NCBI GenBank assembly: GCA_963831465.1 | Contig: CAWHQH010000039.1 | Location: 108,892-172,891, forward strand | Direction of reading: 5' to 3' | DNA from: Terriglobia bacterium | Lineage (GTDB): Bacteria; Acidobacteriota; Terriglobia; Terriglobales; Acidobacteriaceae | DNA: 64,000 nucleotides | In this document: piece after piece, positions 48,472 to 59,377 of the stretch | Position numbering within the stretch: position 1 is the stretch's first letter | Layout: each line of letters starts with the position of its first letter | Translations under genes and position numbers: made by a program | Notes under the pieces: model-generated | Told to the model about the DNA's origin: nothing | What the model saw: the letters and a program-made list of their open reading frames with translations, nothing else | Database searches by the model: none

Positions 48472-48515
48472 AGTTACCACTGATTTCCACTGATGACACT
48501 GATGACACTGAGTCA
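48472..48515. repeat. REP-like element, diverged copy D
   Basis: TTACCACTGATTTCCACTGATGACACTGATGACACTGAG shares the TTACCACTGAT head and the iterated CACTGAT with copies A and B. Confidence 0.35.
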
Positions 48516-48626
48516 TGATTCCATAGTGGCCCCATTTGACGAGAAAACCAGCCGGAAGTAATCGAGTGAGGCCCCTTGCGGAAAACCAAAGACGCCGGAG
48601 GGGAATCCGGCGTCCTTCGCGAAACT

Positions 48627-49475
48627 TTATATCGACTTCAGCAATTGCAGCCAGCGCTGCCAGCCTTCCGAATAGGCCTTTTTGTTGGCGATAGCCATGT
48701 CCCTGGCCTTCTTCGTCTTTTCATCATCGCCAGTGGCCTTGATGGCCGCATCGGCAGCGGGATCTTCACCGGCGCGCATAAATCCATGGCCTGCGCCAGC
48801 GTAGGTGACTGGTTCATACTTCTTGCCTGCGGCTTTCATGGCTGCCTGCGTGCCAGGGATAGTTGCGCCAATGCGAGCGTCTTCACCGGCATAAAAACCA
48901 TAAACCGGCGCGGTGATGGCGGAGACGTCGGCCGGCCCGGGTCCATAGAACACAAATGCCGCGCTCAGGTCTTTGCGATTGGTAGCGAAACGGAAAGACT
49001 GGCCGCCGCCCCAGCAGAATCCGCTCACGGCAAGCTTGCCATTGCCTGCCGGAATCTTCTTCGCATAATCGGCAGTGGCGTTCAGGTCAGCCGTCACCTG
49101 GTCAGGATTGAGCGCGGATACAGCCTTCACCGCATCCTGCGTGTCCGCAAATTCGCTGGTGCCGCCGCCTTTTGGTCCTATGCCCGAAAGAAGATCGGGA
49201 GCAATGGCAATGTACCCATTGGCCGCAAGCTGGTCAGCCACGCTGCGCGCCCAGTCCGTAAGCCCAAAAATTTCATGGATCACAATCACCACCGGCGCTT
49301 TCGCTTTAGTCTCCGGGTAAACCACAAAGGCTTGCACCGTGCGATTATCGTGCTTGATCTGCACCCATTCCTGATGCCGGGGCGATTTGTCCAATTTCTG
49401 TTTGGCCCAATCCTGGGCAAAGCCCGTGGACAGGCAAAGCAACAACATGACTGAGAAAGCCAGAGTTCGTTTCAT
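48627..49475 (-). CDS. Secreted dienelactone hydrolase-family protein
   Basis: The signal peptide starts at the internal ATG 49475. GFCWGG is the Cys nucleophile elbow, and YAGAGHGF is present. Confidence 0.85.
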   Translation of the reverse strand: MKRTLAFSVMLLLCLSTGFAQDWAKQKLDKSPRHQEWVQIKHDNRTVQAFVVYPETKAKAPVVIVIHEIFGLTDWARSVADQLAANGYIAIAPDLLSGIGPKGGGTSEFADTQDAVKAVSALNPDQVTADLNATADYAKKIPAGNGKLAVSGFCWGGGQSFRFATNRKDLSAAFVFYGPGPADVSAITAPVYGFYAGEDARIGATIPGTQAAMKAAGKKYEPVTYAGAGHGFMRAGEDPAADAAIKATGDDEKTKKARDMAIANKKAYSEGWQRWLQLLKSI

Positions 49476-49527
49476 GCGTAGAAGTTTACTAGGATTAAGA
49501 GGGTCGGACAAATGGAGCGTATGGGTC

Positions 49528-49878
49528 TTAATCCTTGAGCTTTTCCAGCAGCTTATCAGGATTGATGGGCTTGGCCAGCACCTCAAATATATAGCCCTCG
49601 GCACGGGCGTTAGAAAGCAGGTCAACGCTGGCTGCCTGGCCGGAGAAAAGAATGATCCTGCACGTGGGAAGGAATTTCATAATTGCTTTGGCTGTCTCCA
49701 CGCCGTTCATCCCCGGCATGATTACGTCGCTGATTACTGCATCCGGCAGCACCATCTTTGCCCACTTGACTGCTGATTCTCCATGCGACACTGCCAGCGC
49801 ATCATGTCCTTCGCCCGCTAAAATATTGACCAGGGTATCGGCGATAATTGGTTCGTCATCCACCACGATGATCTTCAC
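49528..49878 (-). CDS. Single-domain response regulator (receiver only)
   Basis: KIIVVDDEP...DVIMPGMNG...K is the CheY-like pattern. Its start overlaps the kinase stop. Confidence 0.9.
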   Translation of the reverse strand: MKIIVVDDEPIIADTLVNILAGEGHDALAVSHGESAVKWAKMVLPDAVISDVIMPGMNGVETAKAIMKFLPTCRIILFSGQAASVDLLSNARAEGYIFEVLAKPINPDKLLEKLKD

Positions 49879-51470
49879 TAGGCTGGGCCCTTAACGGAAA
49901 GAATGCTCTTGGAATCGCTTTCCGAGCATTCATGTCGTTTGCCCGCTGTGTACTGCGTCGGCAAAAAAATCGAGAAGGCTGTCCCGTGGCCCTCCTGGCC
50001 GGTTCTGGTTTTCATTCGGATGCTTCCGCGATGCTTCTCAATAATTCCGCGTGTGATCCACAGTCCCAGCCCTGTACCCACGTCTTTCTTCGTAGTGAAA
50101 AATGGCTGAAACAGCTTTTTTCTGTGCTTCTCGTCGATGCCGCTGCCATTGTCCGAAATGGTAATGCGCACCCCGCGAAGGTCGGAGTTGCTCCATTCAT
50201 GCGATTTGGAAACTCTCAGGCTCAGCGTCCCGCCGTGCGGCATGGCATCTAGCGCATTGGTGATCAGGTTTGAGAATGCCTGCCGAATCTCCCCGGCTAA
50301 GGCTGTAATTTCAACGCCTTTTTCAAATTGTCTTACTAGTTTGATGTTTCTCGATTCGAGGCGCTTTTCATAAAGCAACAGGAGGTCCTCAAGCGTCTGT
50401 GTAATGTTTAACCGTATCGGTGAAGAAGTATCGCGATAAAATCCAAGTGTCTGGCGCGTGATGTGGGCCACGCGGTCAAGTTCCCGGCCGGCCAGTTCCA
50501 GGTAACTCGCCACCCTGTCATTATTGCTCAAGTCTCTCTTGGCCAAGTAAACCAGGTTAGTCACTGCCTCTAGCGGGTTATTGATTTCATGGGCAACGGT
50601 CGCGGCCATGCGTCCGGCGGCGGCAAGTTTTTCTGTGGTTCGCAGGGCCCTCTCAATTTTATTGGTGTCCGTAATGTTGCGTACGATCTTGGCCGCGCCA
50701 ATTACCTTGCCATTTTCATCCTTAATCGGTGAGATTGTCAGCGATACTTCAACTTTTTCACCGTTCTTGTGCACGCGAATAGTTTCAAAGTGATCAATCT
50801 TTTCACCCCGCCGGATCTTGCTAAGGATCATATCTTCGTCGTGGTGTAATTCAGGCGGGATAATTAATGTGACTGATTTTCCGATGATTTCGTCAGCCGT
50901 GTAGCCGAACAATTTTTCCGCACTGCGGTTCCAGCTGGTAATGATTCCGTTCAGGTCTTTGCTTGCAATGGCGTCATCTGACGATTCCACGATAGCAGCC
51001 AGGCGGAGCGCGGCTTCCTCAAGTTTTTTTTGCCGTGAGATATCGCGCACAATCTTGGCCGCACCAATAATGTTTCCTTTGCCATCCTTGATAGGCGAAA
51101 CCGTTAGTGAGACATCAATGCGCCGCCCGTTCTTATGGACGCGCACAGTTTGAAAGTGCTCAATCCGCTCGCCGGCCCTGATCTTCGCCAGGATCTTCGG
51201 CTCGTCGTGGTGCAGTTCCTTGGGGATAATCAGGAGCACCGGTTGGCCGACTATTTCTTCTTCAGTCCAGCCAAACAGCCGTTCGGCGCTTTTGTTCCAG
51301 CTGGTAATGATTCCGTTCAGGTCTTTGCTGGCGATAGCATCCTCGGAAGATTCAATGATTGCTGCCAGGCGGCGTTGCGCTTTTTCCGCTTCACTGGCAG
51401 AGGCGGCTGCTGTATCTGGGGCGTTGGAAGGTGGAAAACTCGATATTTTGCCCGACTGTAGTTTCGGCAT
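49878..51470 (-). CDS. Cytoplasmic sensor histidine kinase with two tandem PAS domains
   Basis: Two highly similar PAS units (ASKDLNGIITSWN...HKNG...ISPIKD...GAAKIVR), a HisKA domain (VAHEINNPL) and a HATPase_c domain (DNGSGI, GTGLGL). Confidence 0.9.
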   Translation of the reverse strand: MPKLQSGKISSFPPSNAPDTAAASASEAEKAQRRLAAIIESSEDAIASKDLNGIITSWNKSAERLFGWTEEEIVGQPVLLIIPKELHHDEPKILAKIRAGERIEHFQTVRVHKNGRRIDVSLTVSPIKDGKGNIIGAAKIVRDISRQKKLEEAALRLAAIVESSDDAIASKDLNGIITSWNRSAEKLFGYTADEIIGKSVTLIIPPELHHDEDMILSKIRRGEKIDHFETIRVHKNGEKVEVSLTISPIKDENGKVIGAAKIVRNITDTNKIERALRTTEKLAAAGRMAATVAHEINNPLEAVTNLVYLAKRDLSNNDRVASYLELAGRELDRVAHITRQTLGFYRDTSSPIRLNITQTLEDLLLLYEKRLESRNIKLVRQFEKGVEITALAGEIRQAFSNLITNALDAMPHGGTLSLRVSKSHEWSNSDLRGVRITISDNGSGIDEKHRKKLFQPFFTTKKDVGTGLGLWITRGIIEKHRGSIRMKTRTGQEGHGTAFSIFLPTQYTAGKRHECSESDSKSILSVKGPA

Positions 51471-51585
51471 AAAAAATAACGGACGCTGATCCAGAACAGT
51501 GCTGCCACTTTAGAGCACAGTCCTAAATTAGATGCAAGATGAGGTGATCGGGCTGTTCTGGCGGAAGTTTATGAAGACTATGCCT

Positions 51586-52230
51586 TTACGCCGCCTGCAT
51601 AAGATGGTTCCTGAAAAATTGCGCAACACGACGCATGGCGTCCAGTTGTGCCAGCCCCCTGAACACATGTCCCTGATCAGGGTAAATCTTGATCTGGTAA
51701 GGAACTTTATGCTGTTGCAGGATGTGCTCGAGTTCGTGCGCTCGCTCAATCGGTACGGTTGTGTCCTGCTCGCCATGAAGAATTAACACCGGCGGAAGAT
51801 TCCTGGCGTCTTTGGTGAACTGCTCCGGCAGCCCGCCGAACAGCTCAGCGACCGCGGCAATTCGGGAATCCTGGGTGGCCAAGGCAAGCGAGAGAAATGC
51901 ACCCAGTGAAAAGCCCAGCAGGCCGATTTTATTTGCATCAACACTCGGCTGGCCGGCTACAAAGCTTACGGCATCCTCTAGCGTCTTAAGCCACACAAGA
52001 AAATTTGATTCAATCTGGTTGGGTGCGACCCAGTTGTGGCCGGTGCGTTCAAAATAGTGCAGCACAAAAACGTGTACACCGAACTGTGCGGCCTGGCTGG
52101 CGAAAGGATCCAGGCCGTGAAGCGGGCCTCCTGAGCCATGGATCAGAATCACTGCCGGAGCGCTTCCGGCTCGGTTCGGCGGATAGTGATCCAGTCGGAT
52201 TGGCTTGCCCTCACTACTGAATGTCGCCAT
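51586..52230 (-). CDS. Alpha/beta hydrolase (dienelactone hydrolase/esterase-like)
   Basis: HGSGG, GLLGFSLGAF (GxSxG) and a C-terminal GHVF motif. Confidence 0.8.
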   Translation of the reverse strand: MATFSSEGKPIRLDHYPPNRAGSAPAVILIHGSGGPLHGLDPFASQAAQFGVHVFVLHYFERTGHNWVAPNQIESNFLVWLKTLEDAVSFVAGQPSVDANKIGLLGFSLGAFLSLALATQDSRIAAVAELFGGLPEQFTKDARNLPPVLILHGEQDTTVPIERAHELEHILQQHKVPYQIKIYPDQGHVFRGLAQLDAMRRVAQFFRNHLMQAA

Positions 52231-52385
52231 GGGCAGAGAATCAGATGTCCTTACTTTTTTAGATGCAGATCATTTCGGCATAGCTCCTGAGAACCATGAA
52301 TTGGGAATGGAAACTCCCATGCTCACGACAATTTCCGCTGGTTATGGATGTAGACAATCTACTGCCGTGGGTATAGGCTATCTAC

Positions 52386-52751
52386 ATGCCGAGGAAACAG
52401 CGCTACCAGAATCGCATTGAACTTCTGCAGGGCACGCTGGACATGTTGGTCTTGCAGACATTGCGCTGGGGGCCGCAGCACGGTTACGGCATTAGCCAGG
52501 CCATCCGCAACCAATCCGGCGATGTCTTCCAGGTGGACACTGGCTCACTTTATCCGGCTCTGCACCGGCTGCAAAGGCAGGGATGGATTGACTCTGAGTG
52601 GAAGGTGTCAGAGAACCGGCAGCGCGTAAAAGAGTATCGTTTGACCGCTCAGGGGAAAAAGCAGCTGGCTTCAGAACGCTCGCGCTGGAAGCAGGTGATG
52701 GAAGCAATGGCCGGCATTCTGAATCCGTCAGCAGGTGAGGGCAAGGCATGA
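52386..52751 (+). CDS. PadR-family transcriptional regulator
   Basis: [25 protein letters not shown]...[16 protein letters not shown]. Confidence 0.9.
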   Translation: MPRKQRYQNRIELLQGTLDMLVLQTLRWGPQHGYGISQAIRNQSGDVFQVDTGSLYPALHRLQRQGWIDSEWKVSENRQRVKEYRLTAQGKKQLASERSRWKQVMEAMAGILNPSAGEGKA

Positions 52752-55461
52752 GTTTCAGTGACAGGCAAAAACGCGAACAGGATCTGGATGAGGAAATCGG
52801 CAGCCATCTTCGCATGGCTGAGAGTGAGCGCATTGAACGCGGCGAAACTCCCGACGAAGCGCACTACGCCACCCGTCGCGAAATGGGAAACGTGACCCTG
52901 ATCAAGGAAGTCACTCACCGCATGTGGGGTACAAACTGGATGCACACCTTATTGCAGGATTTGCGTTATGGCGTCCGCGTGCTGCGGCGCAATCCGGGCT
53001 TTACTTTGATAGCTGTCTTCACGCTGGCGCTGGGTATCAGCGCCACCACCGCGATCTTCAGCGTTGTCTATGGCGTGCTGCTGCGGCCGCTGCCATATGA
53101 TCGACCCGAACAACTGGTCCAGGTTTGGGAGAAAAGCAGCAAAGGCCACGACATGAATCTGGCCGATCTCAACTTTCAGGATTTTCGCCAGCAGAACCAT
53201 TCGTTGCAGGGGCTAGCGGAGTTTCATTCTGGGCTGGAATCAGTCTCCGGAGGTTCGGAACCGAAGCGGCTGATGGTGACAGCGGTGTCCAGCGATTTCT
53301 TTCCGCTGATGCGCATTTCTCCGATTCGTGGACGAGGCTTTGCTCCGGAAGATCAGCGCGTCGGGGCCGCTCCAGTGGTGCTGGTGAGCTACAGCTACTG
53401 GCAACAATACCTGAATTCAGCCACCGATCTTTCCACTCTGAGATTGCGGATTGAGGATCATTCGGCTTCGGTGATTGGCGTGCTGCCTCCGGGCTTCCGT
53501 TTTCCCGAGGATTCCGATATCTGGGTCGCGAAGGAATTTTATCCGCCTCTGCCGTCCCGCACCGCGCATAACTGGGAGGCCATTGCGCGACTGCGCGATG
53601 GCGTTACGCTTGTGCAGGCACGCGACGATCTGTCTGCGATCGGCGCGTCGATCAGGAAGCAGTATGGCAATGACGTTGATCTTGTCGGCGCCTCAGTACT
53701 GCCGCTCCAAGACGCGTTAACCAGCACTGTGCGGCCATCGCTGCTGATTCTGTTGGGAGCAGTGGGCTTTCTCCTGCTTGTGGCGTGCGCCAACGTCATG
53801 AATCTGCTGCTGGCCCAGGCGGCAGCCCGTGAATCTGAACTCGCCATCCGCGCTGCTTTAGGCGCTTCGCGCGGCCGAATGGTCCGCCAGTTTATGGCGG
53901 AAACTCTTTTGCTTTCGCTGGCGGGCGGCACCATCGGAGTATTGGCAGCATTGTGGGGAGTTCACTGGATTCTGAAATTAGCTCCAGCAGAAACACCAGG
54001 CTTGGCTGGCGTCTCCATGAATATTCCGGTCCTCTTTTTTGCCCTTGGGCTCTGCATGGTGGTTGCCGTTGGACTCGGGACATTCACGGCGTGGCGCTCA
54101 GGCTCCGGTGACATTCGTAGCACGCTCGCCGAAGGTGGCAGAGGCAGCGCCGGGAGCTTCAGGACCCAGTTCATCGGACGCGGTATCGTGGTGATGCAGT
54201 TGGCTATTACCATGACGCTGTTGATTGGCGCAGGGCTGCTGGGCAGAAGTTTGATGCGGGTGCTTTCAATAGATCCTGGATTTCGCACCGAGCATGTCGT
54301 AACGATTGATCTTGCGCTCCCATCCGCTTTTTCGCCGGACCAGAAAACTCGGCGCGTCGAGTTTCTGACCGACCTGTTCAACCGTTTGCGCAGCTTGCCC
54401 GGTGTTGAGGATGTTGGTGGCACCAATGCTTTGCCGCTGGCTACTGGAATCTCTTCTTATGGCGGTTTCGCAGTGCTAAATCCGCAACAGCTTTCGCCCA
54501 GGATGCTGGACATAATCAACGATTCTGCGCGGGGGAATGTTTGGGAAAACGGTGCACTGGCAAAAGAGCTGAATCAGTTTTTCACCCAGCTTTTCCGCGA
54601 TCCCAAAAATGGCGGATCTGCCGATTACGCCTCAGTGAGTGAAGGTTACTTTCGCAGCCTGGGAATTCCTCTGTTGAGCGGCCGGCTGTTTGATGACCGC
54701 GATACCATGGATGCTCCCCATGTGGCGCTGATCAGCCAGTCTCTGGCTCGTGAGAAATGGCCCAATGAAAATCCTATTGGGCGCACCATTGAGTTCGGTA
54801 ACATGGACGGCGACTTGCGCCTGCTTACGGTGATTGGTGTCGTGGGCGACGTGCGCGAAGCCAGTCTGGAAAAACCTCCGCGCCCCACCGTTTACGTGAA
54901 CTATCGCCAGCGTCCCCAGGCTACTTACCGCTTTAGCGCGGTGGTGCGAACTGCGGGCGATCCGGCTTCAGTGATTACGTCTGCAAGAAAAATTGTCAAT
55001 GACCTTGATCCGGACATTCCGCCGAGCACCAGTAGCTTCACCACGATCTTTGCTGCCTCAACCAGTGGACGTCGCTTCAACCTTCTGCTGTTCGGAATCT
55101 TTGCGGGTACGGCTTTGCTCCTGGCGATCGCAGGAATTTATGGCGTTCTCGCCTATTCAGTCGCGCGCCGAACCCGTGAGATGGGTGTGCGCATGGCTCT
55201 GGGCGCAACGGGGGGAAACGTGATGCGCCTGATACTTGGCCAGGCGGCGGTGACAACCAGCATCGGCATTTTTCTGGGACTAGTGGGTTCGTTCATCCTG
55301 ATGCGGTTTCTGCAATCCATGCTATTCGAGGTGGGCGCTGCTGACCCGCTTACATTCGCTGCTGTGGCATTGCTGTTGATTGGCGTCGCAATACTGGCGG
55401 CGTATCTGCCCCGCGACGAGCCACAAAAGTCGACCCGATTGTGGCATTGCGTTACGAATAG
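52748..55461 (+). pseudogene. ADOP-type duplicated FtsX/MacB-like permease, frameshifted 17 codons before the stop
   Basis: The N-terminus (…[30 protein letters not shown]) and two FtsX modules are present. After the CCCC run at 55409-55412, the conserved tail [16 protein letters not shown] is in the neighbouring frame and ends at 55461. Confidence 0.85.
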
Positions 55462-55688
55462 ATTGGAGTTCTCGATTACTTATTTTTAAGCTCGGTCATG
55501 CTGCCAGTTACCAAAGGATCGCGGAACACTGCTTCACTCGATGGCGTTGATCTTGGGTAAAGAAAGTAATTCCATGTCTCTGGCCTTCCTTTGTCCGTAT
55601 GTCTTGCGGCAGTCGGCAGATGCTACGTCTCTTATAAAGTAAAAAAGCCGTGCGGTTGACTGCACGGCTTTCCTTACTTGTGGAATTG

Positions 55689-56288
55689 TTAGTACCGGCG
55701 CCAGCCGCCCCCGCTGTTGTAGCCCTGTTGATATCCGTTCTCATACGCCTGGCGGTAGGCTTGTTTGTAGTAATCTCTGTTGCCGTAAGTTGAACTGTAG
55801 CCATGGTCCGCGTGTTTATAGTTGCTGTCCTGCGTCGGACGATTGCTGTGCCCGCTGCGCCGGTCACGCGCGCCATCGTTGATTCCGTCCTGATAGCCGT
55901 ACTGCTGCGCGGCATTCGATCCATACCCGCCGTAGCCTCCGTTGCCACGGCCCACGCCCCAACCACCACGGCCACGATCATCTCCGTCGCGGTCCCGGCC
56001 CCAGCCGCCATTGTTGTAGCCGCTGTTTTGCCGGAAGCCGCGTTCATATCCTGACCGGTATGCCGCGCGATCATCGCGCTCGCGCCAACGGCTATCCTCT
56101 GGATTAAACCTGCGATTGTGCCGCGCGTCATCCTGCCCGCGGCGTAATCCTTCTTGATATGCCTGCCGGTCGTCATTGTCGCGTTGTCCCCATCCCCATT
56201 GCACCGGGACCACGCTTTGTGCCATCGCCAAAGTAGTGGTTCCCGCCATTAACGCTGCGCCCAGCAGCATCGCCTTCATGTGTTTCAT
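55689..56288 (-). CDS. Secreted low-complexity G/R/D/Y-rich protein
   Basis: A signal peptide (MKHMKAMLLGAALMAGTTTLAMAQ) is followed by repeated (A)Y(R/Q)xGYxxG(F/Y) motifs and GGW/GRG tracts. Confidence 0.55.
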   Translation of the reverse strand: MKHMKAMLLGAALMAGTTTLAMAQSVVPVQWGWGQRDNDDRQAYQEGLRRGQDDARHNRRFNPEDSRWRERDDRAAYRSGYERGFRQNSGYNNGGWGRDRDGDDRGRGGWGVGRGNGGYGGYGSNAAQQYGYQDGINDGARDRRSGHSNRPTQDSNYKHADHGYSSTYGNRDYYKQAYRQAYENGYQQGYNSGGGWRRY

Positions 56289-56658
56289 GCACCCTCCCGT
56301 TTAGGCCGTCCTCGAAGAAATTCCGGCATCAACGTTCAAATAAAGTTCTGTTATGGAGTGCAAACACTTGCGGCAATACAATCTCTCTTCAACTGAGTTA
56401 AGTTGTGTTAGCGATGAGTAAGGAATGGTTGGCTATTCCCTTTTTCGCTTTACTGTGTTCGACGACAGGGTGGAGCAGGTCTTTAGACCTGCGGTAAAGC
56501 TAATCAGACTCCCCCGGCTTTAGCCGCTGAGGTACACTGCACGCGGATACACAATAGCCTAAAAAGGTAATAATGCGGCAAAAAAATCACGGCTAGAAGA
56601 ATTACAACAATGTTCTTAATCCAAGGCTGAGCCAGATGATCAATATTGGCGCGAAAAA

Positions 56659-57660
56659 CTATTTCGATTTTGCAAACTCTATTTCGCGCTGCCTCTGCGC
56701 GTAGCCCTCCACATTGTGCGGACGCACCGCCTGAAAATAACTGACCAGCTTCTTCACGTACGTGGTGACCGGCGTGTATCCCATGCCCAGCTCTTTCTTG
56801 CTGCGGATATTCTCCAGAGATGACATCCATTTGCCGCTGAAGGGGGAGCAGTGCGGCAACAATCTTTCGCCATCGAGCTCTTCTCTTGGCACTCGAACGA
56901 TCTTCAGCGGGCAATGCATTGTTTCCGCCAGCAATTCCAGAAATTGAGTCAAAGATAGAGTCTCATCCTGCCCAATGTTATAAGCGCAGCCTTTGCCATT
57001 CTCGTTTTCGGCCAGCCGGCTAATAGCCTGAACAACATCTTCACCATACACATGCCGCACCGGCGCTCCGTCCTCGTCCGGGATCAATATCGGCCCTTCA
57101 TCCTGAATACGCAGAAAATATCCATAGATCCGGTCGTAATGATCGCGTTCGCTGTTCACCATGGGCAGGCGCAGGCTGGTAAAAGGAAATTTATTTTCCG
57201 TCCATGCACGAGCGAACACATTTTCGGCAGCGCGCTTGTCAAAACCATAACGCCAGTTTTCATATTCTGAAACATTCGATTGTGGCGGCTCAGCCATCAC
57301 CGCGCCGGCATAATCATCTTCTTTATATGGCCTTTGAGCGCCCACCCGCACCAGGTAAACCTGTCCTGTACTCAGAAAGACGTATCGCCCAACACGGCCT
57401 TGAAAGATCTCTACCGCAGCCTCGGCTTCTGCCCCTGTGTAGAGCGTGGTGTCGATCACCAAATCGAATTCCCTGCCAGTCAGGACACTTTTCAACTCTT
57501 CTGGCTTAGTGCGATCACCGCGCTGGCGTTCAACTTCTTCCGGCAGGTCGTCTCGCGTCTGGCCGCGATTGAATACTGCAACTTCATACTCGCGCTGCAG
57601 TAGGGCGTGAACGATGGAAGGGCCCAGATTTCGCGTGCCGCCAATGATGAGTGAACGCAT
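56659..57660 (-). CDS. NAD-dependent epimerase/dehydratase-family (extended SDR) protein
   Basis: N-terminal Rossmann motif LIIGGTRNLGP in a protein of 333 aa. Confidence 0.8.
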   Translation of the reverse strand: MRSLIIGGTRNLGPSIVHALLQREYEVAVFNRGQTRDDLPEEVERQRGDRTKPEELKSVLTGREFDLVIDTTLYTGAEAEAAVEIFQGRVGRYVFLSTGQVYLVRVGAQRPYKEDDYAGAVMAEPPQSNVSEYENWRYGFDKRAAENVFARAWTENKFPFTSLRLPMVNSERDHYDRIYGYFLRIQDEGPILIPDEDGAPVRHVYGEDVVQAISRLAENENGKGCAYNIGQDETLSLTQFLELLAETMHCPLKIVRVPREELDGERLLPHCSPFSGKWMSSLENIRSKKELGMGYTPVTTYVKKLVSYFQAVRPHNVEGYAQRQREIEFAKSK

Positions 57661-57685
57661 GTTGAGGTATTGTAACTGGTGCGCT

Positions 57686-59377
57686 TCACCACGTTACGTC
57701 TGTATAAAACTCGTTGTTCCCTGTTCGAAGATCTTTTCCGAAAAGCAGCACCACGCCCACTCCCAGCACATTCAGCTTCGCTTGCGGGCCAGTGTCAAAC
57801 AGCCATTTGTGGGAACCGAGCGTTGTCGATGAATCTAAAATCTTGCCGGTATCTAGAAACGGCCCCAGCTTCACCGTGATAATTCCGGTTGAGTACACAT
57901 GCTTATCGCTTTCCCAGTTGGAAAGAAAATAATCTTTTCCCAGCGGCGCGCTTCCCTTTTCACCGTGGCGCGTGCCACTGTGCGCCCGCAATGGCAAATC
58001 ATTGTCGCGGTCCACCCCAAGCATGAACAGCTCGTCAAAAGGTATTTGTCCAAATGTCTTGCCTGCGTGGACTCGCCATTGCGTCTCATAATCGTCACCC
58101 TGTTCGCGAGGAAACCAGTGCATGGCAATTGTGCCCTGAAGTTTTTCAAACGATTCTTCCGGCCCCGACCACAGCCGTCCCGCGTGGGAAGTGCCACTGC
58201 TGGAAATGGTCAGCCGCTTCTCCGGCGATCGCCACAGCTCGTAAGTGAACTGCGCTTTCTGCTTGATCTGGTAGCCCTTGGCCAGCAGGTCTGGCGTTAG
58301 GGCGACGCCCGGTACCACGTTCCGAAAATCTCGGTGTGAAAGCTCCACGCCGGTTGACCACGACCAGCGCGCGCCGACGAACCGCGTGATCTCAGCGCCC
58401 AGGCTCTCACGGCGAAGGTTCGTCGCGCCCAAAAACGTGCTGGGCCCAGTGAAGGATGTTTGCACCGTCCAGTTCTCATTGCGGAAATCCGTGCCAACGC
58501 GGTAACGCCACTTTGGGCTTCCGCCCAGCGGCCCGTTGATCGTGGCGGCTGCCCGGCGCTTGTCGGTATCGAACCGGAAAAAAGAAGTGATGTTCGTGCC
58601 GGAGCCATGCAGGTTGTAATACTCCGGCGTGATCTCTTCAAAGAGCGCTCCGCTAAAGATGCGGACCAGAGCCTGAAGTTTACTGTTGCCAAAGCCATTC
58701 AATTCCTGCGCGCGAAAAATGGCGTCGAATTTCCCATCGGGCCGCGCCTCCAGATTCAGCTTATATGACGGAAAGATTTCCAGGCCGCGCAGCCGAACGT
58801 TGCTGGCCAGCAACTGATCGAGCGTTAACGTGCTGGCGGGCGCAAAAGCAAATGCATGATCCAGCAGCGCAGGACGCACCTTTAACGCCTGTTCGCTTTT
58901 CACCTCGGCGATCTGTGGTTTGCCAATTCGGTTCCAATACTTGAGCGCCGCTTCCAGATTGCCTTGAAGGAAATAAACCGTCGCCAGAAATTCATTGGCG
59001 TATTCGTCCTTCGCATCGAGCCGCAACGCATGATGAAGGTATCTTTTCGCCTCTCCATACTTCTTCTGCTTAAACGCCACGCCAGCCAGTTCAATGGGAA
59101 ATCGCTTGTCGTTTGGAGCCAGCGTTTGTCCGTCAGTGAGCGCGTTGTGCGCTTCTGCCCAGCGCTCCAGGTGCGCCAGAGCGACGCCATAGTAATAATC
59201 CAGATCGGCAGAGTTGCGCGGCGACTGCTGCAAAAGCTGCGCGAGATCGCTCCATCGTTCCTGCTCAAAAAGTTGTTTAGCCGCAGGTGTAGGATCGGTT
59301 TGCGCCAGCGCCGGCAAACCGCAGGCTGATGCCAGCAAAAACATTAAAACGCGAAAAGTTTTTTTAAAACGTATCAC
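57686..59377 (-). CDS. TPR-repeat protein fused to a predicted outer-membrane beta-barrel
   Basis: A GTG start at 59377 overlaps the upstream stop and gives the signal peptide VIRFKKTFRVLMFLLASACGLPALAQ. The N-terminal ~170 aa are TPR-like. The C-terminal region has alternating beta-strand character and ends ...FYTDVTW, an aromatic terminus typical of OMPs. Confidence 0.65.
   Translation of the reverse strand: MIRFKKTFRVLMFLLASACGLPALAQTDPTPAAKQLFEQERWSDLAQLLQQSPRNSADLDYYYGVALAHLERWAEAHNALTDGQTLAPNDKRFPIELAGVAFKQKKYGEAKRYLHHALRLDAKDEYANEFLATVYFLQGNLEAALKYWNRIGKPQIAEVKSEQALKVRPALLDHAFAFAPASTLTLDQLLASNVRLRGLEIFPSYKLNLEARPDGKFDAIFRAQELNGFGNSKLQALVRIFSGALFEEITPEYYNLHGSGTNITSFFRFDTDKRRAAATINGPLGGSPKWRYRVGTDFRNENWTVQTSFTGPSTFLGATNLRRESLGAEITRFVGARWSWSTGVELSHRDFRNVVPGVALTPDLLAKGYQIKQKAQFTYELWRSPEKRLTISSSGTSHAGRLWSGPEESFEKLQGTIAMHWFPREQGDDYETQWRVHAGKTFGQIPFDELFMLGVDRDNDLPLRAHSGTRHGEKGSAPLGKDYFLSNWESDKHVYSTGIITVKLGPFLDTGKILDSSTTLGSHKWLFDTGPQAKLNVLGVGVVLLFGKDLRTGNNEFYTDVTW

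Noticed and set aside
48576-49454. 292-aa plus-strand ORF
   Set aside because: It is entirely antisense to the dienelactone hydrolase gene, which has a signal peptide and the GFCWGG motif. The ORF has no recognisable domain.
55508-56176. 222-aa minus-strand ORF rich in T/A/G/M/R
   Set aside because: It overlaps the G/R/D/Y-rich secreted-protein gene in another frame of the same strand, and that frame is kept open by the repetitive composition. It lacks a signal peptide or any motif. The other frame (55689..56288) has a clear signal peptide.
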